This document shows positions 31,946-40,832 of a DNA stretch of 50,161 nt, piece by piece. Numbering within the stretch: position 1 is the first letter of the stretch; every line of letters starts with the position of its first letter. The notes beneath the pieces were generated by a model, which saw only the letters and a list, made by a program, of their open reading frames with translations, was not told the DNA's origin and did no database searches. The position numbers were made by a program, and so were the translations under genes. The stretch is from an uncultured Candidatus Saccharibacteria bacterium (GTDB lineage Bacteria > Patescibacteriota > Minisyncoccia > Minisyncoccales > RBG-13-42-11): the NCBI GenBank assembly GCA_964467045.1, contig CAYXOH010000001.1, positions 4,850 through 55,010 of the forward strand. The letters run 5' to 3'.

Positions 31946-33658
31946 TTAGTGAAAAAACTTTAATAATTTTTCTAACGGCAAGCAATTTATGATGTCTTCT
32001 CTTTCTGCCCAGCCCCGCCTGGCTTGGGCGATGCCTAATTCAATATATCTTAACTGGTCTTTATGATGAGCGTCAGTGTTAATTATCATTTTTACCCCGG
32101 CCTCTTTTGCCCTTCTGATGTTTTGGTCGTTTAAATCTAATCTTTCAGGATAAGAATTAATTTCTAAACATATATTATGTTCTTTGGCTGCTTTCAAAAT
32201 TTTATCAAAATCACACTGAAACTCATCTCTCCTTTTTAAGATTCTGCCGGTGGGATGAGAAATAATATCAATATTTGGATTTTTCATCGCCCGAATTATT
32301 CTTTCTGTCATTTGCTCTTTTTCCATCTTGAAGCTGGAGTGAATACCGGCAATAGCATAATCTAATTCTTTTAGGGCCGAATCTTTAATGTCTATTGAGC
32401 CGTCATTTAAAATATTGGTTTCAGCTCCTTGTAAAATTTTAAAATTCTTAAGTTTAGAATTCAGTTTATTAATTTCTTTTCTTTGTCGAGCTAATTTCTT
32501 TTCATCTAACCCGTGTTCAATTCTTAAAAATTTAGTGTGATCAGAAATTCCTAAATATTCATAACCCATATTTTGAGCTGTCTTGGCTAATTCCTGGATT
32601 GAATTCACTCCACCGTCCCAATTAGAATGACAATGTAAGTCTCCTTTGATGTCTTTGTAGCCAATGACTTTAGGAAGATTCCCCTTTTGAGCTGCCTCTA
32701 CTTCGCCTTGATTTTCTCTTAATTCTGGTTCCATCCACTCCATACCAAGTTTTTTGTAAATCCCCTCTTCTGTTTCACCAGCAATCATCTTTTTATCCCT
32801 GAATAATCCATATTCTGAAAGTTTTAATCCCTTATTTATAGCAATCCTCCGGGTAGCTATGTTGTGCTCTTTGGAACCAGTAAAATACTGGAGAGCTGAA
32901 CCGTAGCTTTTTTTAGGCAAAACCCTTACATCTATGTCAAATCCTTCTTCTGCCCTGACAGAAGATTTAGTGGGACCCTTACCCCATACTTTCACCACTT
33001 CTGGTTGGGAAACAACAAAATCCATTACCTTTTCCGGTTTTTGGGAAATAACCAAAAAATCAGCATCACCAATTGTTTCTTTCATTCTTCTGACTGAACC
33101 CGCATAGTCTACTCTTTCTACCTCTTTTAAATCGTTTAATTTTTTATAAATTATTTTTACCCGTGGCAGAATCTCGCCCAAAAGAAATCTTCCTTTACTT
33201 CTCTTTAAGAAAGCAATTCCTTCTAAAATATTTTTTTCAGTTTTTTCATCAAATCCAAATAAAAGAGAAATTTTATGAGATTTGGCGGCTCTTTCTAAAT
33301 CCTTTAAATTTCTGATGCCCAATTTTTGATAAAGCACTTTTACTCTCTTTGGACCCAATCCTTCCACTGCCGTTAATTCTTCCACCTTAACCGGTGTTTG
33401 TTTTTTTAGCTCCTCGTAATACTTAATTTTGCCCCTTTTTAAATACTCTTCAATCTTTTCTGCAATGCTTTTACCTACCCCGGGAATTTCTTCCAAAGCC
33501 TTAATCCCCCCTTTTTTGTAAATTTCTTCTACGTTTTCTTCCAAACTTTCCAAAGTAATAGCTGCTTTTTGATAAGCATAGGGTTTAAAAGCTACCCCTT
33601 CCATTTCCAAAAAATCAGCAATCTCATATAAAATGTTAGCCAGTTCTTGGTTCTTCAT
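31946..33658 (-). CDS. polX: DNA polymerase X family protein with C-terminal PHP domain
   Basis: Start set at MKNQELANILYEIADFLE (ATG 33658). HhH motifs (GVGKSIAEKI, GLGPKRV) and a PHP domain (GDLHCHSNWDGG .. DAHH). The track start (TTG 33679) lies inside the repeat. Confidence 0.9.
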   Translation of the reverse strand: MKNQELANILYEIADFLEMEGVAFKPYAYQKAAITLESLEENVEEIYKKGGIKALEEIPGVGKSIAEKIEEYLKRGKIKYYEELKKQTPVKVEELTAVEGLGPKRVKVLYQKLGIRNLKDLERAAKSHKISLLFGFDEKTEKNILEGIAFLKRSKGRFLLGEILPRVKIIYKKLNDLKEVERVDYAGSVRRMKETIGDADFLVISQKPEKVMDFVVSQPEVVKVWGKGPTKSSVRAEEGFDIDVRVLPKKSYGSALQYFTGSKEHNIATRRIAINKGLKLSEYGLFRDKKMIAGETEEGIYKKLGMEWMEPELRENQGEVEAAQKGNLPKVIGYKDIKGDLHCHSNWDGGVNSIQELAKTAQNMGYEYLGISDHTKFLRIEHGLDEKKLARQRKEINKLNSKLKNFKILQGAETNILNDGSIDIKDSALKELDYAIAGIHSSFKMEKEQMTERIIRAMKNPNIDIISHPTGRILKRRDEFQCDFDKILKAAKEHNICLEINSYPERLDLNDQNIRRAKEAGVKMIINTDAHHKDQLRYIELGIAQARRGWAEREDIINCLPLEKLLKFFH

Positions 33659-33660
33659 AT

Positions 33661-33772
33661 GCCGAGCCTCGTATAACAAGGCGAATGTAAAGATGAGAAC
33701 AAAATTCTCATCGCCTGCCGAGCCCCGCCCTGCGAGGCGAAGGCGAAGATGAGAAGAAAATTCTCATCGCCT
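33661..33772 (-). repeat. Two direct tandem 56-nt units of the two-hairpin element filling the spacer upstream of polX
   Basis: The units are 33661-33716 and 33717-33772. The minus strand of unit 2 reads AGGCGATGAGAATTTTCTTCTCATCTTCGCCTTCGCCTCGCAGGGCGGGGCTCGGC. Confidence 0.88.
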
Positions 33773-34398
33773 TAAAATAGTTTCTCACTTGGTGGCACTT
33801 TTGGCACAAAATGGTCTTTCGGAAAAATCTGATTACGGATTAAAAACAAAACTGAGGAAGAAATTAAACCAAGGAAAGATACCAAAATAAAAACAGTTTT
33901 AAATCCTAAAATAGTAGCAAGTAATCCACCAAAAGCAGCAGCAAAACCAAAAGCAATACCGAGACCGGTACTTTCAATACTCCAGGAAAATGCTTCCCAT
34001 CCTTTATCTATGTGTCGGGTAAAAATTCCAGCCCAACTGGGAATAACACAGGCCATAGCTAAACCCCTGATAAATTCCAATAAAAAAATGTGCCAAAGTT
34101 GAGTAGAAAGGAAATAACCCAGGGGAATTAAATTAGCAATATACATACCCCAAATTAAAAAAACGAGATCATCTTTCTCTCCTTTTTTAAAATCAAAAAA
34201 ATAGGCAATAAACGGTTGAGCAATAGATTTTGTAATCCAATATGTTGCGGCGATAAAACCTACCATTGCTAAACTTCCCCCTTTAATTTGTTGAGTTAGA
34301 AATATCGCAAAAATAGGTCCGATTAAGCCCCAACCAGATTGAAGAATAAAATCAGAAGTAATTAAAATCTTAATAACTTTATTAATACCAATTTTCAT
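33772..34398 (-). CDS. Six-helix membrane protein resembling half of an MFS transporter
   Basis: 208 aa, about six hydrophobic helices. The family call is tentative. Confidence 0.6.
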   Translation of the reverse strand: MKIGINKVIKILITSDFILQSGWGLIGPIFAIFLTQQIKGGSLAMVGFIAATYWITKSIAQPFIAYFFDFKKGEKDDLVFLIWGMYIANLIPLGYFLSTQLWHIFLLEFIRGLAMACVIPSWAGIFTRHIDKGWEAFSWSIESTGLGIAFGFAAAFGGLLATILGFKTVFILVSFLGLISSSVLFLIRNQIFPKDHFVPKVPPSEKLF

Positions 34399-34399
34399 T

Positions 34400-34813
34400 T
34401 TAAGTTGTCGCGTTGATAATTTTCACCATTATATCTCTATTCCGCGGACGATTATCAAAATCTAAAAATACAATTTGCTGCCAGGTACCTAAAGCTAAAC
34501 GTCCATTTTCTAAGGAGACAACCAAAAAGGGGTTAATTAAGGCTGATCTAACGTGAGCGTAACCATTACAATCCCCCCATTTTTTGCAGTGCTCATAATC
34601 TTTGGTCATCGGAGCAATTTTATCCAAAACTCTTTTTAAATCCTCAATAAGACCTGGTTCATATTCAATAGTTGTAATGCCGCAAGTTGACCCGGGAGAA
34701 GAAACCAAGCAAATTCCGTTTTTAACTTTTGACTCTTCAACTACTTTTTCAACATCTAGGGTGATATCAATGATATCTGTAAATCCCTTGGTAGATATTT
34801 TAAATTTCTGCAT
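34400..34813 (-). CDS. yjbQ: YjbQ/UPF0047 family protein (secondary thiamine-phosphate synthase-like)
   Basis: 137 aa. ..TCGITTIEYEPGL..DL...... NGYAHVRSAL ... GTWQQIVFLDFD are family signatures. Confidence 0.85.
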   Translation of the reverse strand: MQKFKISTKGFTDIIDITLDVEKVVEESKVKNGICLVSSPGSTCGITTIEYEPGLIEDLKRVLDKIAPMTKDYEHCKKWGDCNGYAHVRSALINPFLVVSLENGRLALGTWQQIVFLDFDNRPRNRDIMVKIINATT

Positions 34814-35825
34814 TATTTTTGTCAGCTAACTTATCTATTTTATTAAAAAAATTATTTTTGATTACGATTAAGCCAAAGCGGAATAGAACTGCCAAGCCAG
34901 CTAAGGCAATAATTAATTCTGATCCTCTGATAATCATAGTAAAAGCAGTAGCTGTAGAAATTCCCAGGCCTAAAGAGCTAAATGCAAAAGTTTGAATTGC
35001 TTCGTGGGAGCCCAAAGCGGTAGGGATAGGAATCATTACTGCTAAGTAGTTAAACCCTAATATAGATAAAGTAGGCAAGGCGCCGATGCTCCTACCTAAA
35101 AAGAAAATTAAAAGTCCAGCTCTGGCATACATCACCCCGGCTCTAAAAAAAGAAAGAATAAAGGAAGTCCAAAAGGCTTTATTTTCTAACCTGAAGAAGT
35201 TAAACATTTCTTTTTCTGCCTGCAAAACCACATTGTTATCCTTAATATTCTTTAGTCCGAACAATCTAAAAGCAATCTTAACCATACTTTTCCTTCGAAA
35301 AATCCGTAAATAAACAAATGATATTCCCAAGACAAAGAATAAAAAAACTCCCCCAAAAATTATTGCTAAATTAGCTGGAGGAAAACCTATCATTAAAAGA
35401 AAAATTATCACGCCAAATAAAATAACTACTAAATTAGCGGTCCATTCTAAAATTCTATCAATGATGACTGATGTTAATCCTTTTGTCCAGGAAATATTAT
35501 TGCTTTTTTTTAAGATATAACTCCTGAAAATTTCACCGACCCAAAGCAAAATAGGAGCCAAAAACATCACCGAAAAACCAGCTAAAAAGGGTCTAAAAAG
35601 ACTCCAAAAAGAAACTCTGATTCCCTCTCCCTTTAAAATCTCCTGCCATTTCCAATTACCTATTAGCATTATTAACAAGGTTAAAATAAAGATAACCAGA
35701 CCGTTGATTCCGGTAAAGACTGAAAGGGAATTTTTTATCTCCTGCCAGCCCACTGTCTTACCAATCCAAACAAACAAACCAATACCCACTAAGAAAGAAA
35801 TTATAAATAGGATAAATTTTTTCAT
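34800..35825 (-). CDS. UPF0104 / lysylphosphatidylglycerol-synthase-TM-like (flippase-like) membrane protein
   Basis: 341 aa, about 8 TM helices. The family call rests on overall topology and length only. Confidence 0.6.
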   Translation of the reverse strand: MKKFILFIISFLVGIGLFVWIGKTVGWQEIKNSLSVFTGINGLVIFILTLLIMLIGNWKWQEILKGEGIRVSFWSLFRPFLAGFSVMFLAPILLWVGEIFRSYILKKSNNISWTKGLTSVIIDRILEWTANLVVILFGVIIFLLMIGFPPANLAIIFGGVFLFFVLGISFVYLRIFRRKSMVKIAFRLFGLKNIKDNNVVLQAEKEMFNFFRLENKAFWTSFILSFFRAGVMYARAGLLIFFLGRSIGALPTLSILGFNYLAVMIPIPTALGSHEAIQTFAFSSLGLGISTATAFTMIIRGSELIIALAGLAVLFRFGLIVIKNNFFNKIDKLADKNNAEI

Positions 35826-36586
35826 CTTATAAGCTGTTTTAATATTTTAGCATTTTCTACAGCATATCCCAGAGCATCGTTATTAAAATAAACATAAACG
35901 TCTTCCCTTTGTTTAAGCCACTGCTTTATCTCGCCAGCCAAAAAACTCAGTTCCTTTTTAGTGTAATTGGAGGTAAATAAAACTCTTGAGCCATGCATTC
36001 TTATATAGATGAAACCAGCAGTTATTGCAGCCGCCCGCGGGTAATCGGGAGAGTCAGCAATTACCCAAGCTATATTATATTTTCTAAGTAGTCTGTAAAT
36101 CTTCTTATCACACCAGGATTGATGACGAAATTCAAAAGCATACTTCAGAAAATGTAGAGTATGGAACAGAGAACCAGATTTGGTAATAAGTTTAAGAAAA
36201 TTTTCCAATCTTTGGATATTTTCTGAAGTTGCTTGAAAAGACGGAGGAAATTGAAACAAAATGGGCCCCAGTTTTTCTTTAAGATTTAGGGCATTATTTA
36301 AAAACTTTTTCCAAGCAGTTTTAACTCCTTTTAATCTTTTAATATGAGTAATGAACCTGCTTGCTTTAACTGCAAATAAAAAATATTCAGGGGTTTCTGA
36401 ATACCATTTCCGATAAGTACTTGGTCGAGGTAAATGATAAAAAGAGTAATTTATTTCAGCAGTTTTAAAATGTTGCGAGAAATATTTAAGTTTATGTTTT
36501 AATGGTAAATCTTCAGGATAAAAAGGGCCAACCCAGTGGCTGTAAACCCAGCCGGAAGTACCGATGTAAACTTTGCCCTTGGGCAT
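35822..36586 (-). CDS. DUF72 (YecE) family protein
   Basis: 254 aa. The IGTSGWVYSHWVGPFYPEDLP N-terminus is the DUF72 signature. Confidence 0.85.
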   Translation of the reverse strand: MPKGKVYIGTSGWVYSHWVGPFYPEDLPLKHKLKYFSQHFKTAEINYSFYHLPRPSTYRKWYSETPEYFLFAVKASRFITHIKRLKGVKTAWKKFLNNALNLKEKLGPILFQFPPSFQATSENIQRLENFLKLITKSGSLFHTLHFLKYAFEFRHQSWCDKKIYRLLRKYNIAWVIADSPDYPRAAAITAGFIYIRMHGSRVLFTSNYTKKELSFLAGEIKQWLKQREDVYVYFNNDALGYAVENAKILKQLIR

Positions 36587-36589
36587 AAA

Positions 36590-37339
36590 TTAGCGTAATT
36601 TTTTCTCAAGAAAACCCACAATTTCCGATCTCACTTCGGGAGAAGACCAAGTGTAAATGTGGCCCGGCGTTTCAAGAGCTTGACCTAAAGTAAGATTTTT
36701 TCCTGCCAGTTGAGCAGCCAGCCATCTACCAGGAGCTTTGAATAAAGAAGAAAATAATACCTGAGTTTCTCCCTTAACCAAAGTATCTGTTCTGCTCTTT
36801 AATTGAAGGATGTCTTTCGAAGGAGAAGTTTGGTACCAAAATGGAGATCCTACAGATAACGCACAAAAAGAATCTTTTGCCTCATTTGATATTTTCTTAT
36901 AGGTCTCGGTAGCAAAAACAGCTCCATTTGAAAGACCGGTTATAATTATCTTCTTGTCAGGTGAATTTTCTACAACAAGCTCCAATTCTCTAGCTAAAAC
37001 TCCAGAGGAAAAATCAAAGAAACTGAAAAACTCCCTAGCACTAGAAATCTTTCCCCAAAAAGTATCCCTTGTTCTGTTGTAAGGAATAACAATTGATTTG
37101 TATCCCCAATCATTCAAAGTTTGCTGAATACCTTCAATAATTGGATAAAAATCTTCTGCCCCTTCTAAGGGAGTATCTCCCCAGCCACCAGAATTAAAAA
37201 TAATGATGACATCGTTATCAGCAGCCATGTTTAAAATCTCCTGCGGCTGTAAGTCACTTGGAACTATTTCTGGCCCAAAAAGGAAAAATAAACAACCAAA
37301 GATAACCGATATTAATATTATTTTTTTTGATGTTTGCAT
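36590..37339 (-). CDS. Secreted or membrane-anchored alpha/beta-hydrolase-like protein
   Basis: 249 aa. N-terminal hydrophobic segment and a GLSNG (G-x-S-x-G) nucleophile elbow. Confidence 0.55.
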   Translation of the reverse strand: MQTSKKIILISVIFGCLFFLFGPEIVPSDLQPQEILNMAADNDVIIIFNSGGWGDTPLEGAEDFYPIIEGIQQTLNDWGYKSIVIPYNRTRDTFWGKISSAREFFSFFDFSSGVLARELELVVENSPDKKIIITGLSNGAVFATETYKKISNEAKDSFCALSVGSPFWYQTSPSKDILQLKSRTDTLVKGETQVLFSSLFKAPGRWLAAQLAGKNLTLGQALETPGHIYTWSSPEVRSEIVGFLEKKLR

Positions 37340-37962
37340 TTTTTATGAAACTTTTGATCTAAAATTTCCATAAATTCAAGTAGAACCGGGTCGTCAACTA
37401 ATTCCTCTATTTGAATCCACCATGGCTCAATTGCAAATTTATCTCCCCCCTTCCAATATTCTAAAGCTTGTAACAAATTCTCTATTCTATCTACCTGACG
37501 GACAAATCTCCCTTCTTTTGTTAGTCCCCTCTCATAGGCATTCCATAAACCTTTTATTTCTTTTCGTAAATCGGGAGGTAATTTTTTAATAAGTTTTTTT
37601 AATGCCTTATCTTCTTTTTTATATTTTTCAAGAAAAAACCTTTCTTTCTTTTTTTTAGAAAGTCTTGGCCAATTATTAAAAATTTCTTTCCATTGCTTTT
37701 TATCTCTTGGAAGAATTTTATCATAAGGAGTGGTATCGCCAGCACATACTTCACATAAGTCGTGAATTAAAGACATTTTTAGAATTTTATTCGTATTAAG
37801 CTTCCCTTTACAAGATAAAATCCAGGCCATTATCGTCATCCTAAAGGTATGGGCGGCGATCGTCTCAGGATCCTCTATACCTCTTATCACCCAACCTTTT
37901 CTTTTAACTTTTTTTAATCTTCCAACATCAATTAAAAAATTAAGGATATTTTTCATAGACAA
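37318..37962 (-). CDS. HD-domain phosphohydrolase (YfbR/HDDC2-like)
   Basis: 214 aa. ..IAAHTFRM.. and SLIHDLCEVCAGD (H..HD..D). Confidence 0.8.
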   Translation of the reverse strand: MSMKNILNFLIDVGRLKKVKRKGWVIRGIEDPETIAAHTFRMTIMAWILSCKGKLNTNKILKMSLIHDLCEVCAGDTTPYDKILPRDKKQWKEIFNNWPRLSKKKKERFFLEKYKKEDKALKKLIKKLPPDLRKEIKGLWNAYERGLTKEGRFVRQVDRIENLLQALEYWKGGDKFAIEPWWIQIEELVDDPVLLEFMEILDQKFHKKCKHQKK

Positions 37963-37987
37963 GTTAAATTTAGCATAATTTATCCAA

Positions 37988-38014
37988 TTAAAAAAGAGAG
38001 GAAATTTCCTCTCT
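37988..38014 (-). terminator. Intrinsic terminator after greA
   Basis: The minus strand reads AGAGAGGAAATTTCCTCTCT (perfect palindrome) followed by TTTTTAATT. Confidence 0.6.
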
Positions 38015-38036
38015 TCAATCCAAAATAGAGTTATTT

Positions 38037-38513
38037 TTAAACTATTTTATACTTTATTTTCTTGACCCTATAGGTTGTCTTTATCGGTGAAGAAACAAGA
38101 ATTTCATCGCCAACCCGGTGGCCTAAAAGCGCTTTACCAACCGGTGATTCATCACTAATCTTTCCTATAGAAGGGTTGGCTTCCAAAGAGCCTACAAGAG
38201 TAAACTCATCATTCTGACCGTCTACCCGGACTAAAACTGTCGCTCCTAAATTGACGATATTTTGTTTATCTTTCGATGGTGGTTTTATTAATTCAGCATT
38301 TTTTAGAATGTTTTCTGATTCAATTAGTCTTGACTCCAAAAAATTTAAATCTTCCTGAAAGGAGAGGTATTCAGGGTTCAAATCCTCTGAATGCAAAACC
38401 TTGGGGGATTCGCCCTTAGTTTTTGCTAGTTTTAATTGCTTAAGTTCCCTGTGTTCCTTTTTTAATCTTTCTAATCCTTCTTTAGTTAGATAAAACTTTT
38501 TTTCTTCTGGCAT
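38037..38513 (-). CDS. greA: Transcription elongation factor GreA
   Basis: 158 aa. A coiled-coil N-terminus and the C-terminal ..ISDESPVGKALLGHRVGDEI.V..P signature. Confidence 0.92.
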   Translation of the reverse strand: MPEEKKFYLTKEGLERLKKEHRELKQLKLAKTKGESPKVLHSEDLNPEYLSFQEDLNFLESRLIESENILKNAELIKPPSKDKQNIVNLGATVLVRVDGQNDEFTLVGSLEANPSIGKISDESPVGKALLGHRVGDEILVSSPIKTTYRVKKIKYKIV

Positions 38514-38525
38514 AATTTTTTTTAA

Positions 38526-38584
38526 AATCCCCTTGGTTGAGGGGATTGAAGCCTGTTGAATGAAAATTATTTTAATCCCCTCAA
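38526..38584 (-). promoter_or_regulatory. greA leader with two mutually exclusive hairpins
   Basis: In the RNA, TTGAGGGGATT (38584-38574) or GGGGATT (38532-38526) can each pair with AATCCCCTCAA (38547-38537). The proximal hairpin is followed by TTAAAAAAAAATT-ATG. Confidence 0.35.
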
Positions 38585-38920
38585 TGCTTTAATTTTCTGT
38601 AGGCTAAGCCGCAAACAATAAAAACCCATTTGGTACAAAATGTCATTCCGATTGATTTAATTGAGCTATTTTTCTGATTAAACATTGATGAGATAATCTT
38701 TAGTAACTATCCTCTTTTTTAAATTATAGGCAGGTAAAGAATTTTGTCAAGATACTTTAGAAAACTAACCAAATTATAGGTTTTGCTTTATTCTTTAAAT
38801 TTCTCCCTCAGGACTATCTATTTTATAGAAAGCAAGGCGGGTTGTCAAGAGAGGAAGATGATTCTAAAAGAAACTTGCTGGATCTTTTATTTTAGTCCTA
38901 GAAAATCTAAAATAAACTAT

Positions 38921-39943
38921 ATGGTTGAGATAGATGGGATATATTTAGAGGGCGGCGGACAGATTTTGCGGACGGCTATTGCCTTAGCGGTAGTTACCAA
39001 GAAACCCTGCCGGGTTTTTAATATTCGTAAAGGACGCCCTAAGTCAGGTCTGGTCCAACAGCATCTTTTAGGAATTCAAGCCTTAGCTCAACTTTGTGAA
39101 GGAAAATTAGAAGGGGATTATTTGGGCTCAGAAGAAATTAAATTTTTTCCTGGAGAAAAATACAGGGACCGGGTCTCTGTAAATATTCCAACGGCCGGCA
39201 GCCTGACATTGGTTTTACAAGCTTTAATTCCCCCATCTCTCTCAGTTCCCTCTCCGACAACTATAATTTTCAACGGCGGAGCTACTGATACTTTTTTCTC
39301 ACCAACCATTGATTACTTTCGTTTCGTTTTTCTAAAAATCTTAGGGAAAATGGCTGCTAAAATAGAAATAAATATTCTGAAAAGAGGATATTATCCGGAA
39401 GGCGGAGCTCAGCTAGAATTGATAATTTGTCCAGCCAAATTAAAAAATCTAAATCTGACCGATAGAGGACTATTCAAAAGTATTGCTGCGATTTCTGGTG
39501 CTTCGGAAATTTTAAAAGACAAAAAAGTTGCCGAAAGACAATTGGCGGGAGTAAGAGAAGTTTTGGGTAAATTAAACTTGCCCATTGAAGAAAAGATAGA
39601 ATATTATCAAACTAAAAATTCCGGAAGCCAGGTTTTTTTAATGGCCGAATTTGAAAATACAATAATCGGTACTGACAATCTTGGAAAATTGGGAAAAAGA
39701 GCAGAAGATGTCGGCAAAGAAGCAGCCCTGGGACTGTTAAAAGAACAGAAATCCGAAGCTTGTTTAGATAAATATTTAGCTGACCAGATTCTCCCCTATT
39801 TAGCTCTGGCTGACGGTAAAAGTCAGGTCGCTGTTTCTGAAATTACTAATCATTGCAAAACTAACATTTGGGTTATTGAGAAATTTCTTGAGGGAAAATT
39901 TGAAACTAAAGGAAATTTAATTAAATGGTTTCCAAGTCGATGA
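38921..39943 (+). CDS. rtcA: RNA 3'-terminal phosphate cyclase
   Basis: Start set at MVEIDGIYLEGGGQILRTAIALA (ATG 38921); the 46 upstream codons of the track ORF are not conserved-looking. The stop TGA lies in the repeat at 39936. Confidence 0.88.
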   Translation: MVEIDGIYLEGGGQILRTAIALAVVTKKPCRVFNIRKGRPKSGLVQQHLLGIQALAQLCEGKLEGDYLGSEEIKFFPGEKYRDRVSVNIPTAGSLTLVLQALIPPSLSVPSPTTIIFNGGATDTFFSPTIDYFRFVFLKILGKMAAKIEINILKRGYYPEGGAQLELIICPAKLKNLNLTDRGLFKSIAAISGASEILKDKKVAERQLAGVREVLGKLNLPIEEKIEYYQTKNSGSQVFLMAEFENTIIGTDNLGKLGKRAEDVGKEAALGLLKEQKSEACLDKYLADQILPYLALADGKSQVAVSEITNHCKTNIWVIEKFLEGKFETKGNLIKWFPSR

Positions 39944-39987
39944 AAAATTTTTCATCTTCACCTTCATCCGCCGGAGGCGAACTCGGT
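39936..39987 (+). repeat. Two-hairpin element copy filling the rtcA-ispH spacer
   Basis: GTCGATGAAAAATTTTTCATCTTCACCTTCATCCGCCGGAGGCGAACTCGGTAA. The hairpins are GATGAAAAA/TTTTTCATC and CGCC-gga-GGCG. Confidence 0.85.
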
Positions 39988-39989
39988 AA

Positions 39990-40832
39990 ATGAAAATTAT
40001 TATTGCTAAAAATATTGGTTTCTGTTCCGGGGTCAAAAGAGCAATATCAGTTACAGAACAAGCTTTAAAAGAAAAGACAAAACCCGTTCAGTTTCTGGGC
40101 AGCTTAGTTCATAACGAAAATATTATTGATAAGTTTTTAAAGAGAGGAGTAATTTTAAAAAAGAACTTGAAAGAAATAAAACCCGGCATTTTAATCATCC
40201 AGGCCCACGGTTTTTCTCCTTTCCCCAAAAAATTTGATGAAAAAATCCTTATCAGAGATGCTACTTGTCCCCTGGTAAAAAAAGTCCAAATGCTGGCTAA
40301 CTCCCTCTGGAAAAATAGCTATCAGGTAATTATCATCGGAGATAAGAATCATTCTGAAACTAAGGGGATTAAAGGATATACTAAAAACAAGGCTGTGATT
40401 GTAGAAAATAAAGAACAGGCAAAAAATCTTCCTAAATTTAAAAGGGTGGCTGTGGTAACTCAAACAACTCAAAATTTAAATAATGTAAATGAAATTTTAA
40501 AAGTTTTAAAAAGAAGGCATAAGAAAATAAAATATTTTAATACTCTTTGTTTGGAAGTCCAGAAGCGCCAAAAAGAAACAAGAGTAATTGCAGAAAAAAC
40601 TGACGGAATGCTGGTCATAGGCTCTAAAACTTCTGCTAATACCAAAGGGTTATATCAAATTTCAAAAAATTCCGGAAAACCGGTTTGGTGGGTAAACTCA
40701 TTGGACGAATTAAAAAAACAAAATATTAAAGACGCTATAGTTTTAGGAGTAGTTTCTGGAACATCTGCTGATAATGCAGAAGTTGAAAAAATTAAGAATT
40801 ATTTAAAAAGGGCTCGGCAGGCAAATGGCTAA
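39990..40832 (+). CDS. ispH: 4-hydroxy-3-methylbut-2-enyl diphosphate reductase
   Basis: 280 aa. MKIIIAKNIGFCSGVKRAI.. with conserved Cys positions (CSG, ATCPLV, NTLC). Confidence 0.92.
   Translation: MKIIIAKNIGFCSGVKRAISVTEQALKEKTKPVQFLGSLVHNENIIDKFLKRGVILKKNLKEIKPGILIIQAHGFSPFPKKFDEKILIRDATCPLVKKVQMLANSLWKNSYQVIIIGDKNHSETKGIKGYTKNKAVIVENKEQAKNLPKFKRVAVVTQTTQNLNNVNEILKVLKRRHKKIKYFNTLCLEVQKRQKETRVIAEKTDGMLVIGSKTSANTKGLYQISKNSGKPVWWVNSLDELKKQNIKDAIVLGVVSGTSADNAEVEKIKNYLKRARQANG

Noticed and set aside
38783-38920. 46-codon extension of rtcA at its 5' end.
   Set aside because: It is non-conserved and hydrophobic/low-complexity. RtcA homologues start at the equivalent of MVEIDG..LEGGGQILR.
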